Source: Salmo salar (Eukaryota). Taken from it: DNA of 64,000 bases. The number at the start of each line of letters is the position of its first letter. The stretch's first letter is position 1. The stretch lies in NCBI RefSeq assembly GCF_905237065.1, contig NC_059444.1:52006644-52070643 (forward strand), in the 5' to 3' direction. Under the pieces are notes generated by a model. The model worked only from the letters and a program-made list of their open reading frames with translations, was not told the DNA's origin and ran no database searches. This document shows positions 1 through 12,812 of the stretch, in pieces. The position numbers and the translations under genes were made by a program.

Positions 1-2129
1 TAGCTGTATGGTTTTTTTGTGGCTAGGCGCTGACCTAACATAAATCGCATGGTGTGCTTTCACCGTAAAGCCTTTTTGAAAATCGGACACTGTGGTTGGA
101 TTAACGAGAAGTTTCTTTAAAATGGTGTATAATACTTGTATGTTTGAGGAATTTTAATTATGAGATTTCTGTTGTTTGAATTTGGCGCCCAGCAATTTCA
201 CTGGCTGTAGGCCAGGAGTTCTGCTAGCGGAACCCCCTTCCCAGAAAGGTTAACCAACATATTGGTGTTGAGAACAATGCGGTTGAGGCAGTAGCAGAGT
301 TAGAAGACGAGAAAACAGACCTTGCCTTAATTGTCTAAGAAAAGTGAGGAGAGAGGAACCCCAACTTAATTAAATCTATAAATCAATAGCCTAACTTTTA
401 AATGTGCCTTATAAATCATCAATAGATCTACAGAAATAAGACAGATCCTACTTCTGTTGCCAGTTTGAGTGTTTAATAGCCTACCGATTCTGTGAGCAGC
501 AAGCGTCACAATAATTTCACAAATTCAGCTCCTTTTAATCTTTGCTTTGTCATTATTATTAGTATGCTTAGTACAGCAGCCTTGTATAACCACCACTGTT
601 TAGTCTTAACACTAACTTACTTAGGCCTATATTTCAATACTTATGTAGCCTACTGTATCAATCAATAATTTATTTGTTCATGTCAGACAGCATGAGACAT
701 TCATGATGTAAAATGCAACCCAGCATTTTAGTTTTCAAATAAAATAAAGCAAGCCTTGAATAATTAGCTTAAACAACAAACCATTCCATTTACGAATGAA
801 TGCGACTGTTTAGTCTTTACTGTAAAAAAATAAAAAAATAAAATAAAAAGTAGACTCTGGTACGCTTAATTTATTTAGTGTTCTTTACATTGCTCCAAAC
901 AGTCAAATTATATTGTTATCTAACACCTGTTTGGCAAACAATATTTATGCAGCGCTGGCTCCTTACCTTATTTTTATTAATCTCCAGTATTTTCCACAAC
1001 TAGTCACATTTATTCCACACATCTGACTTCCCCTTTACCACCTGAGCAACCAGTAGCCTAAACATATCCCCCTTTCGAGTTTGTCACATCCTCTGCATCC
1101 ATTTTGCTATTACGTGTTCAGAGTTTGTTAACCAATTTAATGATGTGATTATGATATGCTATAGGTCAGGCACTATTGGTCACGTGCATGCGATGCATAC
1201 ATGTGTCACGTAACAAGAGCAAGGTTTGAGGTAATAGGGAATGTTTCTCCTAAACGGATGAGGGATTTCTGTAACAGAACTTTTCAGTCAGAAATGGCTG
1301 TAATTGTGTTGCAGCATCAGCAACACGGACAGAGCGATAAACACTGTGGTGGCCACTGCAGTAGGGAGGAGAGAGAGACAACGGTTGCTAGTCACACAGT
1401 CACTGTCTTTTTTTAACACAGCAAGTCTGAGCCTGGCACAAATCAATTCAATTGCTGGTCGGACTCCCTCTAGTCATTTATTAATCATTTAATCGGTGTG
1501 CTTAAAGCATCAGACAAACTCAGTGAATATAGTTGATTTGATCAAATACAGAATGTGTCTACATATTGAAGAACACACGTTTTAAAATTTACACCAAAGG
1601 ATTGGTTGAAAGAACAGAACTCTTGGTCGACTAAGATTCTCTTTAGTTGGGGACAGCTCTAGTGGTTTTAAAGTAAGGGGTAGTACGCTGTTTAGCTAAA
1701 ATATGACTCCACCTAGGATTTGAACTCACAACCTCTGGATTTGAAGTACACTGATTTATCTGCTGCACCACAGTTTGTAGCACTTCCCTACACATTAATA
1801 ACCTATAATAAAGTACATCTCTGCACTTAACAAGAGTGCCATCTGCACTGCTATTTTAGTCATCAGTTAATCTGACTATTCTCTCATCATTGATTCCATT
1901 GACTTATTTCAGTAATTTGAGGGTGCTCTGTGTTTGTGTGGCATATTATTCTGTTATGTTACTCCTGAATAACTATGTTAAATATAATCGTTTTTCCTTG
2001 AGTGTATTTTAAACAAAGCTGAGATTCACTTTGATGTCCAAAGTGTAGAAATACAGGTGAAATCAGTTGACACCGACGTAATGACGTAGCACAAAGATCG
2101 GAACGCCGTGAACCAAGAGTTTGTGAGTT

Positions 2130-2700
2130 CAAATCCCAGGTTAGGACACATTGAATAATAATGACTGTGTCAATAAACATACACAATGTAGTCCTGCACA
2201 CAGTGTACAAAACATTAGGAACACCTGCTCTTTCCATGACAGACTGACCAGGGGAATCCAGGTGAAAGCTGTGATCTCTTAATGATGTCACTTGTTAAAT
2301 CTACTTCACTTACTGTAGATGAAGGGGAGGAGACAGGTTAAAGAAGGATTTTTAAACCTTCAGACAATTGAGACATGGATCGAGTATGTGTGCCATTCAG
2401 AGGGTTAATGGGCAAGATTTATTTTTAAAAATTTGCCTTTGAACGGGGGTATGGTATTAGGTGCCAGATGCACCGGTTTGAGTGTGTCAAGAACTGCAAT
2501 GCTGCTGGGTTTTTCACACAACAGTTTTCTGTGTGTATCAAGAATGGTCCACCACCCAAAAGACATCCAGCCCACTTGACAACTGTGGGAAGCAATGGAG
2601 TCAACATGGACCAGCAAATTAAACCTTTGTCCTCAGAACAGGGGGGGAGCAACTTGATATTAGGAAGGTGTCCCTAATCTTTTGTACACGCAGTATGTCA
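2130..2700 (+). mobile_element. Salmonid Tc1-derived non-autonomous repeat (remnant of the transposase 3' part)
   Basis: Consensus-like sequence acaaaacattaggaacacctgctctttccatgacagactgaccagg...ggtgccaggtgcaccggtttgagtgtgtcaagaactgcaa...aggaaggtgtccctaatc. Other copies at 30857-30983/32470-32880 and 50810-51220. Confidence 0.75.
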
Positions 2701-2769
2701 AAGTGTGTCAAATACGTAAGTTGAAAACACTGTTAAAAGCACTGTGAAACATAACGACTCATGTTCCAA

Positions 2770-5720
2770 AAACACATGTTTTTACAGTTGGGAACAGACA
2801 AGCACTCAGACAGAAAAAGACAGCCAAAATCAAACTTTGTCACATGCGCCGAATACAACAAGTGTAGACCTTACCGTGAAATGCTTACTTACAAGCCCTT
2901 AACCAACAGTGCAGTTCAAGAAGTGTTAAGAAAATATTTACCAAATAAACTAAAGTAAAAAAATAAAACAATAACGAGGCTATATACAGGGGGTACCGGT
3001 ACCGAGTCAATGTGCGGGGGTACAGGTTAGTTGAGGTAATTTGTAGATGTAGGTAGGGGTGAAGTGACTATGCATAGATGATAAACAGCGAGTAGCAGCC
3101 GTGTACAAAGCTAATGGAGGTGGTGTCAATGTAAATAGTCCTGTGACCATTTGATTAATTATTCAGCAGTCTTATGGCTTGGGGGTAAAAGCTGCTAAGG
3201 AGCCTTTTGGCCCTAGACTTGGTGCTCCGGTCCCTCTTGCTGTGCGGTAGCAGAGAAAACAGTCTCTGGGTGACTGGAGTCTGACAATTTTATGGGCTTT
3301 CCTCTGACACCGCCTGGTATATAGGTCCTGGATGGCAGGAAGCTTGGTCCCAGTGATGTACTGGGCCATACACACTATCCTCTGTAGCGCCTTACAGATG
3401 TTGAGCAGTTGCCGTACAAGAAGGTGATGTAACCGGTCAGGATGGTACAGCTGTAGAACTTTGAGGATCTAGTGGACCCATGCCAAATCTCTTCAGTCTC
3501 CTGAGGGGGAAAAGGTTTTGTCGTGCCCTCTTCACGACTGTCTTGACCGCCTCCCTATAGGCGGTCTCATCGTTGTCGTCAATCAGGCCACATTGTGTCG
3601 TCAGCATTGTTAAGCAAACTTAAATGATGGTGTTGGAGTCGTGTTTGGCCACGCAGTTGTGCGTGAACAGGGAGTACAGGAGGGGACTAAGTTCACAACC
3701 CTGACGGGCCCCAGTGTTGAGAATCAGTGTGGCAGACTTGTTGTTGCCTACCCTTACCACCTGGTGGCGGGCCGTCAGGAAGTCCAGGATCCAGTTGCAG
3801 AGGGAGGTGTTCAGTCCCAGGGTCCTTAGTCCCAGGCTTAGTGATGAGCTTCGTGTGCACTATGGTTTTGAACACTGAGCTGTCGTCAATGAACAGCATT
3901 CTCACAGGTGTTCCTTTTCTCCAGGTGGGAAAGGGCAGTGTGGAGTGCGATTGAGATTGCGTCATCTGTGGATCTGTTGCGGCGGTATGCGAATTGGAGT
4001 GGGTCTAGGGCAGGGGTGGGCAAGTCCAGACCTCGAGGGCCTGATTGGTGTCACAGTTTTGCCCCAGCTCCAGCTAGCACACCTGACTCTAATCACGATC
4101 TTCAGTTTAGAATGCAATTTCATTAAATCAGCTGTGTTTGCTAGGGATGGAGAAAAAGTGTGACACCAAATCAGGCCCCCGAGGCCTGGAGTTGCCCACC
4201 CCTGGTCTAGGGTATCCGGGAGGATGTTGTTGACGTGAGCCATGACCAGCCTTTCAAAGCACTTCATGGCTACCGACGTGAGTGCTACAGGGCGGTAATC
4301 ATTTAGGCAGGTTACCTTTGCTTCCTTGGGCACAGGGACTATGGTGGTCTGCTTGAAACATGTAGGTATTACAGACTCGGTCAGGGAGAGGTTGAAGATG
4401 TCAGTGAAGACTCTTGCCAGTTGGTCCACGCATGCTTTGAGTAAACGTCCTGGTAATCCGTCTGGCCCCGTGGCTTTGTGAATGTTCACCCGTTTAAAAG
4501 GTTTTTCCTCACAATGGCTACCGAGAGCGTGATCACACGGTTATCCAGAACAGCTGTTGCTCTCGTGCATGCTTCAGTGTTGCTTGCATCGAGGCGAGCA
4601 TAAAAGACATTTAGCTTGTCTGGTAAGCTCGTTCACTGTGCAGCTCGCGTCTGGGTTTCCCTTTGTAGTCCGTAATAGTTTGCAAGCCCTGCCACATCCG
4701 ACGAGCGTCAGAGCCGGTGTAGTAGGATTCAATCTTAATCCTGTATTGACGCTTTGCTTGTTTGATGGTTCGTCTGAGAGCATAGCGGGATTTCTTATAA
4801 GTGTCTGGATTAGTGTCCCGCTCCTTGAAAGCGGCAGCTCTAGCCTTAAGCTCGATGCGGATGTTGCCTGTAATCCATGGCTTCTGGTTGGGATATGCAT
4901 GTACAGTCACTGTTGGGGCGACGTCGTCGATGGACTTATTGATGAAGCTGATGACTGAGGTGGTATACTCCAATGCCATTGGATGAATCCCGGAACATAT
5001 TCCAATCTGTGCTAGCAAAACAGTCCTGTAGCGTAGCGTCTGCGTCATCTGACCACTTCCGTATTGAGCGAGTCACTGGTACTTCTGGCTTTAGTTTTTG
5101 CTTTTAAGCAGGAATCAGGAGGATAGAATTATGGTCAGATTTGCCAAATGGAGAGCGGGGTAGAACTTTGTATGCATCTCTGTGTGTGGAGTAAAGTTGG
5201 TGTAGAGTTTTTTTCCCCCCTCTGGTTGCACATGTGACATGCTGGTAAAAATGTGGTAAAACATAAAAAGTTAGCCTGCATTAAAGTCCCCGGCCACTAG
5301 GAGCGCCGCTTCTGGATGAGCATTTTCTTGTTTGCTTATGGCCTTATAGAGTTGGTTGTGTGCAGTCTTAGTGCCAGCATCGGTCTGTGGTGGTAAATAG
5401 ACAGCTACGAATAATATAGATGAGAACTCTTGGTAGATAGTGTGGTCTACAGCTTATCATGAAGTACTCTACCCTCAGGCGAGCAATACCTCGAGACTTC
5501 TTTAATATTAGACATTGCGCAACAGCTATTATTGACAAATAGACACACACCCCACCCCTCGTCTTACCAGATGTAGCTTCTCTGTTCTGCCAGCGCATGG
5601 TAAATCCCGCCTGTTCTACATTATCCGCATCGTCGTTCAGCCACGACTCGGTGAAACATAAGATATTACAGTTTAATGTCCCATTGGAAGGATAATCTTA
5701 AATCGTAGGTCATCAATTTT
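2770..5720 (-). mobile_element. Non-LTR retrotransposon (LINE) with endonuclease and RT domains, degenerate, with 3' UTR
   Basis: Minus-strand pieces: CFTESWLNDDADNVEQAGFTMRWQNREATSGKTRGGGVC (endonuclease N-terminus near 5600-5720), ORF 4611..5048, RT ORF 3962..4489 (...[18 protein letters not shown]), and C-terminal ORF 3172..3375 (KLPAIQDLYTRRCQRKA). The 3' UTR at 2770-3170 is shared with the copy at 54090-54480. Multiple frameshifts. Confidence 0.8.
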
Positions 5721-7559
5721 ATTGCACGTTAGCCAATAGAATGGATTGGCAGTGGGAGTTGACTCGCTCCACCTACGAATTCTCAGAAGGCAGCCCAACC
5801 TGCGCCCCCCTTTACTCCCATATTCACGCAAATGACGGGGATTTGGGCCTGTTCCTGAGAAAGCAGCATATCCTTCTCGTCGGACTAGTTAACCTCTATG
5901 GGCTAGGTGGGACGCTAGCGTGCCACCCGTGGTGCACTCCATCAACAGCAGGTGCATTTCAAGAGCGGCAAATTTGAATCCAAATAAATGTCAAAATTCA
6001 AATTTTTCAAACATACAACTATTTTACACCCTTTGAAAGATAAACATCTCCTTAATCTAACCACGTTTTACGATTTCAAAAAGGTTTTACGGCGAAAGCA
6101 TAAATTTAGAGTATGTTAGGACAGTACATTTACAAGAGTTGTGTGTAATGTTTTGTCAATTCAAAGACAGGGTCACCAAAACCATAAAACCAGCTAAAAT
6201 GATGCACTAACCTTTTACAATCTCCATCAGATGACACTCCTAGGACATTATGTTAGACAATGCATGCATTTTTAGTTCTATCAAGTTCATATTTATATCC
6301 AAAAACAGCGTTTTACTATGGCATTGATGTTGAGGAAATCGTGTCCCTCCAATAACCGGCAGTCAAGTCAGCGTCACAAATTAAATAATTAAAATTAGAA
6401 AACATTGGTAAAATATTATATTGTCATTTAAAGAATTATAGATTTACATCTCTTGAACGCAATCAACTTGCCAGATTTAAAAATAACCTTACTGGGAAAT
6501 CACACTTTGCAATAATCTGAGCACTGCGCCCAGAAAAATACGCGTTGCGATACAGACTAGACGTCATGTTGGGGAGATCTAAAATCGAAAATACTATGTA
6601 AATAATCCATTACCTTTGATTCTCTTCATCAGATGTCACTTCCAGGTATCACAGGTCCATAACGAATGTAGTTTTGTTCAAAAAAGCTCATCATTTATGT
6701 CCAAAAATCTCCGTCTTGTTAGCACATGATCTAAGCCAGCCGGACTTCTCGTCATGAACGAGGGGAAAAAATATATTTACGTTCGTTCAAACATGTCAAA
6801 CGTTGTATAGCATAAATCATTAGGGCCTTTTTAACCAGAACATGAATAATATTCAAGGTGGACGAATGCATACTCTTTTATAACGTATTGGAACGAGGGT
6901 ACCCAACATGAACTCGCGCGCCAGGTGTCTAATGGGCCATCATCGTTCCATGGCTCTTGTTCGGTCAGATCTCCCTCCAGAAGACTCAAAACACTTTGTA
7001 AAGGCTGGTGACATCTAGTGGAAGCAATAGGAAGTGCCAAAATATTCCTCAGCCCCTGTGTTTTTCAATGGGATAGGTTTAAAGGTAATACAACACATCA
7101 GGTATCCACTTCCTGTCAGAAAATGTCTCAGGGTTTTGCCTGCCAAATGAGTTCTGTTATACTCACAGACACCATTCAAACAGTTTTAGAAAATGTAGGG
7201 TGTTTTCTATCCATATGTAATAAGTATATGCATATTCTAGTTACTGGGTAGGAGTGGTAACCAGATTAAATCGGGTATGTTTTTTTTATCCAGCCGTGTC
7301 AATACTGCCCCCTAGCCCTAACAGGTTAAAGGAAAACGTTTCTTCCAGTTCGAGGTGAGTAAACGCTGTTCTGATGTCCAGAAGTTATTTTCAGTCATAA
7401 GAGACGGTAACAGCAACATTATGTAAAAAATAAGTTAAACGCAAAAGAAAAACATACAAAATAGCAGTTTGGTTAGGAGCATGTAAAACGTCAGCCATCC
7501 TCTTCGGCGCCATCTTATCAAAGATATGTTGTATTCGGCGCATGTGAACGAATAAAGGT

Positions 7560-7740
7560 TGATTTGAGACAGAGACAGGCAGACAGAGACAGGCAGACAG
7601 AGACAGGCAGACAGACAGAGACAGGCAGACAGAGAGACAGGCAGACAGACAGAGACAGGCAGACAGACAGACAGAGACAGGCAGACAGACAGACAGAGAC
7701 AGGCAGACAGACAGAGACAGGCAGACAGAGACAGGTAGAG
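7560..7740. repeat. GACA/GAGA-type minisatellite ((GAGACAGGCAGACA)n)
   Basis: Direct tandem repeats are visible in the sequence. The plus and minus ORFs across it (7564..8004, 7518..7829) are low-complexity artifacts. Confidence 0.9.
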
Positions 7741-7752
7741 TTCAGTATGTTA

Positions 7753-7971
<219 letters not shown>

Positions 7972-8224
7972 TTAACCCAAAATCACAGGAGACAAGAATG
8001 TTAACATGAAAGCTAGTAAGTGAGCACTTCAAAATTTGAGAGACTCAAGGTTCTTAGACTGCTGCCAGGAGAGTAAGAGACTGAGGAAGAAGAGGTGCAG
8101 AGAGACAAAGCGGGAAGAAAGAGATAGAAAGAGCAAGGGAAGGAGAGAGAAAGAGCAAGAGAAAGAGCGGAAGAAAGAACAGGGGTTAAAAGAGGAGGGG
8201 GAGAGGTAGAGGAGTGAGTATTAC

Positions 8225-8320
8225 CTGGATGAGGATTTTCCCCAGGCAGACGGACGGAGTGCTGAGTTCAGCCATGAACATGACACCCTGGAAGTAATCC
8301 CCCTTTCCCTGCCTCCAGAA
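8225..8320 (-). CDS. tlcd3b: tlcd3b coding exon 4
   Basis: Acceptor gttAG|TTCTGG and donor CAG|GTAATAC. Encodes FWRQGKGDYFQGVMFMAELSTPSVCLGKILIQ, in phase with exons 3 and 5. Confidence 0.7.
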
Positions 8321-8778
8321 CTAACATAAAGAGAGCGAGAAAGAGGGGAGTGGGGGGAGAAAGAGGGGAAGAGTGAGATGAGAGAGGGCCATGATATGGC
8401 TGATAAAGTTTATAGACAGACCATTGAAAGAAAATCTCAAACACGCACACCTCATCTCCCCTTAAAAACACGTGTCCATAGAAGGGATGTTAAACATTGG
8501 CTGCCCATGCCGCTGCCAGTAGCAACGGGAGGCAGATGGGGATTGGAGCAAGAGAGAGTCTAGTCTGCAGATGGCTGCCGGTTAGGGACAATTTTAGCGA
8601 TCAGAAACCAAATCACCAACGGTTCATGTCTTTCTATCAAGACTTAAAGGGTTAGTGTGTGTACATGTATATAATTTACAATGAGTTATTTTTTCCCCTT
8701 TTAGACACAAGACAGACCATGCCACGGTAGACTAACAAAATAGTCCGCTAAAGCCACCCTAGTTACAGCGATAGTTAC

Positions 8779-9004
8779 CACGGAGACGGGAAAGCAGATG
8801 GTCACCATGACGACGTGGTGCAGCACCATGAGGAACTCTCTGCGCAGGTAGCTGGCCACTGCCGAGCCCATTGGCTTAGGCCTGCCGCCCTCTTCCTCGT
8901 GCCCTTTGACCTGCAGCTTGTGCCAGTAGCACAGGAACATGGCGTAGATGTCATACGCAAAGTAGGGCACCGCAAACAGGATGTAGGTACTGGTAAGCCA
9001 GTGT
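8779..9004 (-). CDS. tlcd3b: tlcd3b coding exon 3 (TLC domain core)
   Basis: Acceptor tttccAG|ACACTGG and donor GTG|GTAACT. Encodes HWLTSTYILFAVPYFAYDIYAMFLCYWHKLQVKGHEEEGG...EFLMVLHHVVMVTICFPVSV, the TLC-domain motifs of FAM57B/TLCD3B. Confidence 0.75.
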
Positions 9005-12000
9005 CTGGAAAGGTGGGGCGCAACGGGGGAGAGAGACAGAGAAAGTGAGAAAGGAGAGAACGAAAGAAAGAGAAGGTGCAACAGTTTATTTTCTATGCAA
9101 CAATGTGTACACTGTAGCTGCCTATGTGACTACCATATAAATACACTATTGCCTATTTCAGTGAGGCTCCAGCCTAGACATCAGGGGGTTAAGTGACTGG
9201 CCAGGATGCACCGCTCTGGGCACGTGCGTGATTTGGATGGGTTCGTGATTTGGTAGTCAAATGAGCCGGCACTCGCACCTCCCGACTTTGACTGGCAAAT
9301 GAGGGCGGAGGGAGGGAGTCGGTGACTGGCAGTGTCTCCCTCCTCTCTCTCCTCCTCCTAATTGATGGAGAGCTGAGGGGGAAGAGGAGCGAGGGAGGGA
9401 GGGAGGGGGGTTAAGAAGAGCAGCTGTGTCACATTGTGAGTTCTTAGGACAACAGTGTCTGACTCAGAGAATCACAGCATCTCACTAGTCTAAAGAATCT
9501 TCCTTTCCTACTCTCCTTTTCCTCTCCTCCAATCCTCCTCTTCCTTCAACCAAAAACAAACCTTCCTCCTCTAACCAAAAACATGACACTGTGTGCATTT
9601 CATATAGTTTTTCTGTAGTCCACCGTTAACAAAGTTGCATTTGTAAAACCAGTGGAGACAAGTTTGAGTAGCTACTCCTACAGTTCCATAGCAGCATGCT
9701 GCAGTCTAGGTTTCTGGCTTCTGAGTGACTGCATTACAGATACTAAAATAGTGCTGCTGGCTTTGGGACAAAGAGAGGTTAATTGGGTTTAAATACTAAT
9801 TTGGTTAACAAGGACAAGGTGAGCAGGGAGAGAATGACAGATTATCTCACACACACACTTTATTTGGATCGAAAGTTAAACATGCACAGTAAATTGGCCA
9901 GAGTTAAAATGTAGATTTTTCAATGTCACATTTCTAGTGTTGATTGTGGAGTTAAATTAACTCTGTTAGGTCGCAAAAGAAACTCTGGGGGTGGAGAAAC
10001 ACAGATGTAAGTTTCCATTTTCTTCCTAGAAATGTTGCTCTAACTTTTAAATGGTTGAAGCTACAAAATATTATGACCCCTGAAAACATAAGACTTTCAA
10101 AAACACACGTGTTTTCTGTGTCCCACAGAATAGAGTGGACAGGACCAGGCAGTAAATCAGACTGGTGAAAAAAAAAACATGATCAATGATGGTTCTTTTC
10201 TAGAGGATTTCGCGTGCATTTTAAACCCTACTTCAGATTGTTTTAGACTGAAACCTTATTACAAATCAATGTTTGACAGACTGTCATAGCGCCAATTAAA
10301 GAAGTTAACATTGGTCGCTGATTACATCACTTTTTTACATGGTGGGGTTGCGAAACATTTTTAATATCAAAATGGGGTCACGGACCAAAAAAGTTTGTTA
10401 CTAACCCTAACAGTCATTCTGAATGCAGCTGCGGGTGAATAAAAATTCCAAATGTTGGATGTCCTAACTGGCTGAATTCCAATAGGAATCATATCACTTT
10501 GCAAGCCAGCAGAATGTGACTTGGCCTGATGTGGCCTGTAAACCAAGAGGTTTCTAACACCACTGTGGTAGGGTAAAACTTGGCTATCAAACTAAGTCCT
10601 TTTGATATATGTATTGTCCTAAAGAGCTTAATTTTAATGATAACATTTGTCTACAGTAGGAACTCATTTGGTGAAGTCCACAGGACTGAAAATGAACAAA
10701 TTCAACCACCATGTCTCTGTCACCAACAAATACAGTCATGGGTGTAACTCTACAACTCACTCGAAAAGGCAAGGCACACTGAGAAATTATATTGGAGGAG
10801 TGGCTAAGTGGGGGTGCAGCTTTCAATTTGTTGCTTTTGGCCACCCGTGAGTGGAAGTGTTGTACCAGTTTAATTGGCCTACGGTTATGTTAAAGTTCGA
10901 GCATGTCTGCTGCCAGTCCTGAAGTCTGGAAATGCTTACATAAGAGCATGTGGCATTAAAAGACTTGTAATGTCCTTAATCCAACACGAGCGACCTTGTC
11001 AAAAGATTTGGACCTCTTTGCGTAATGGTTAAAAATACTATAGGGGGTGTTATTGCATAACACTAAAAGTGTTAATTCCCTAACACTGACAAAGTGTAAC
11101 AGCGTCAGCACTAAGCAGTGTTAATTTAACACTGAAAAGTGTAGACCCGTATAGACACTAGTCCAGTGTTAAATTTAACACTGTCAGTAACCACGTTTCC
11201 ATCCACAGGTTTATGCGAGTAAAGTCATACCGTATAAAAAAAAAAATAATGATTGCTGTGATGGAAATAGGTAGTTTAGGTAGAATTTTATAAATGCCGA
11301 AAGAATTTGTTCGTTGGACATCGTGTAATCTTTTTGTGTTGGTAAAAATAATTTTGTGAGAAATGGTGGTGGAAACTGCTTTATGTGCAAATATTTATAT
11401 AATAACCATCATATCAAAGTAAACTTGGAGTCACGCGATGATATGGTGTGTGGTCCTCAGGAAATCATGCAGTTTATTAAGCTTCAGATTAAATAAATGA
11501 TGCTTAACTTCACAGGTTGGTGAAAGTACATGGTTATCTTGATGCTCCTTCCCAATAAATATCAAGGGTCTTATTCTGGTGACATGAGGCCGTCTGACAA
11601 ATAAAATAATAAATCTCACTGTATCTGCAAGCTGTTGGCTAGAGCGCACGTGCCAAGACCGGTCTTTTTTTGTGACAAAACTATCCGTAGAGTTTAAAAT
11701 ACGATGGAAAAACATTGAACTTTAGACTTATTCGGTACATGAAAACTTAAGTGAAAAATCACATTTTGTGTGCACTACGTCATCACACACTGACTTTTAT
11801 CTGCAACAAGTCCATTTGGTGGAAACACACTATTGGTGGGAAAACATGCATATTTTTATTTATGCAGATTTTAGAATATTCGCATGAAAAATCTGTCGCC
11901 AATTGGATGGAAACCTAGCTAGTGTCGTTTTAACACTGGAGAATTTGCTGTGTAGTTAAGGACCCAAATATTTTAGAGGTCACACCTCTGACAGACACAC

Positions 12001-12369
12001 ACAGGGCCGTGCACAGACTTTTTTTTTGGGGGGGGGGCAAGTGCTCAAAAAAACTAAAAAAACATTCGTAACTGCGGTTAATGACTCGTTGAGCAATTAT
12101 GACTGATTATTTAGTTACATAAAAGATGGCCACATCTTAATGGCTAATTAAATGACATATTTAACAATGACATGCGGGCAGTGGGTTCAGAACAACAATG
12201 ACAAAGACTGTACACCCAAAACAAAGGGCACTTCAGAGACTGGAAGGGCAAAGAGGCATGTGCTCTGCACAAGTAGAGCCCATCTGTGCAGGTGCCTGCA
12301 AACACACACACACACCTGGAACACAACTTTACAGCAACTACTACTGCCTTATCATTATTTTGTACTTAC

Positions 12370-12453
12370 TGATCCTCGATGATGTCCTCACAGGAGGATG
12401 CGATGATGTAGCCAGCTGAGGAAGCCATGATGGCTTGGATGGATGACACCAGC
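12370..12453 (-). CDS. tlcd3b: tlcd3b coding exon 2
   Basis: Acceptor cccactAG|G and donor CA|GTAAGT. Encodes (R)LVSSIQAIMASSAGYIIASSCEDIIED(Q). Anchored to minus ORF 12366..12590. Confidence 0.7.
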
Positions 12454-12629
12454 CTAGTGGGGAGAGAGAGGTCAGAGAGTGGGGTTTCAATTGACATATT
12501 TTTACCCATAACACAGAATAGTATTAAAAATGTCAAGCAAAGCAGAATAGCATAAGATAAAAAGGTACCATAGGTAGGCATAGTCCTCACATTGACTCAT
12601 GTATCTGACTTGTAAGTGTGTGTGTGTAC

Positions 12630-12751
12630 CTGGCAGACACGATGGTGGCGTCTCCCTCGCTCAAGCCCAGGCCTGGGGCCTGTTTCAGGCATCTCTTAGA
12701 CAGCAGGAACAGGCCCGGGAAGAAGATGGAGCCGGCAGCCAGGATGCTCAG
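12630..12751 (-). CDS. tlcd3b: TLC domain-containing protein 3B (FAM57B-like), first coding exon (ATG at 12749-12751)
   Basis: Minus-strand translation MLSILAAGSIFFPGLFLLSKRCLKQAPGLGLSEGDATIVSA(R) resembles the TLCD3B N-terminus. An in-frame stop lies upstream of the ATG. Splice donor AG|GTACAC at 12630/12629. Confidence 0.7.
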
Positions 12752-12759
12752 CATGGTCC

Positions 12760-12761
<2 letters not shown>

Positions 12762-12810
<49 letters not shown>
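12762..12810. repeat. (GT)24 / (AC)24 microsatellite immediately 5' of the tlcd3b start codon
   Basis: gtgtgt... runs from 12762 to about 12810. The tlcd3b ATG (minus strand) is at 12749-12751. Confidence 0.9.
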
Positions 12811-12812
<2 letters not shown>

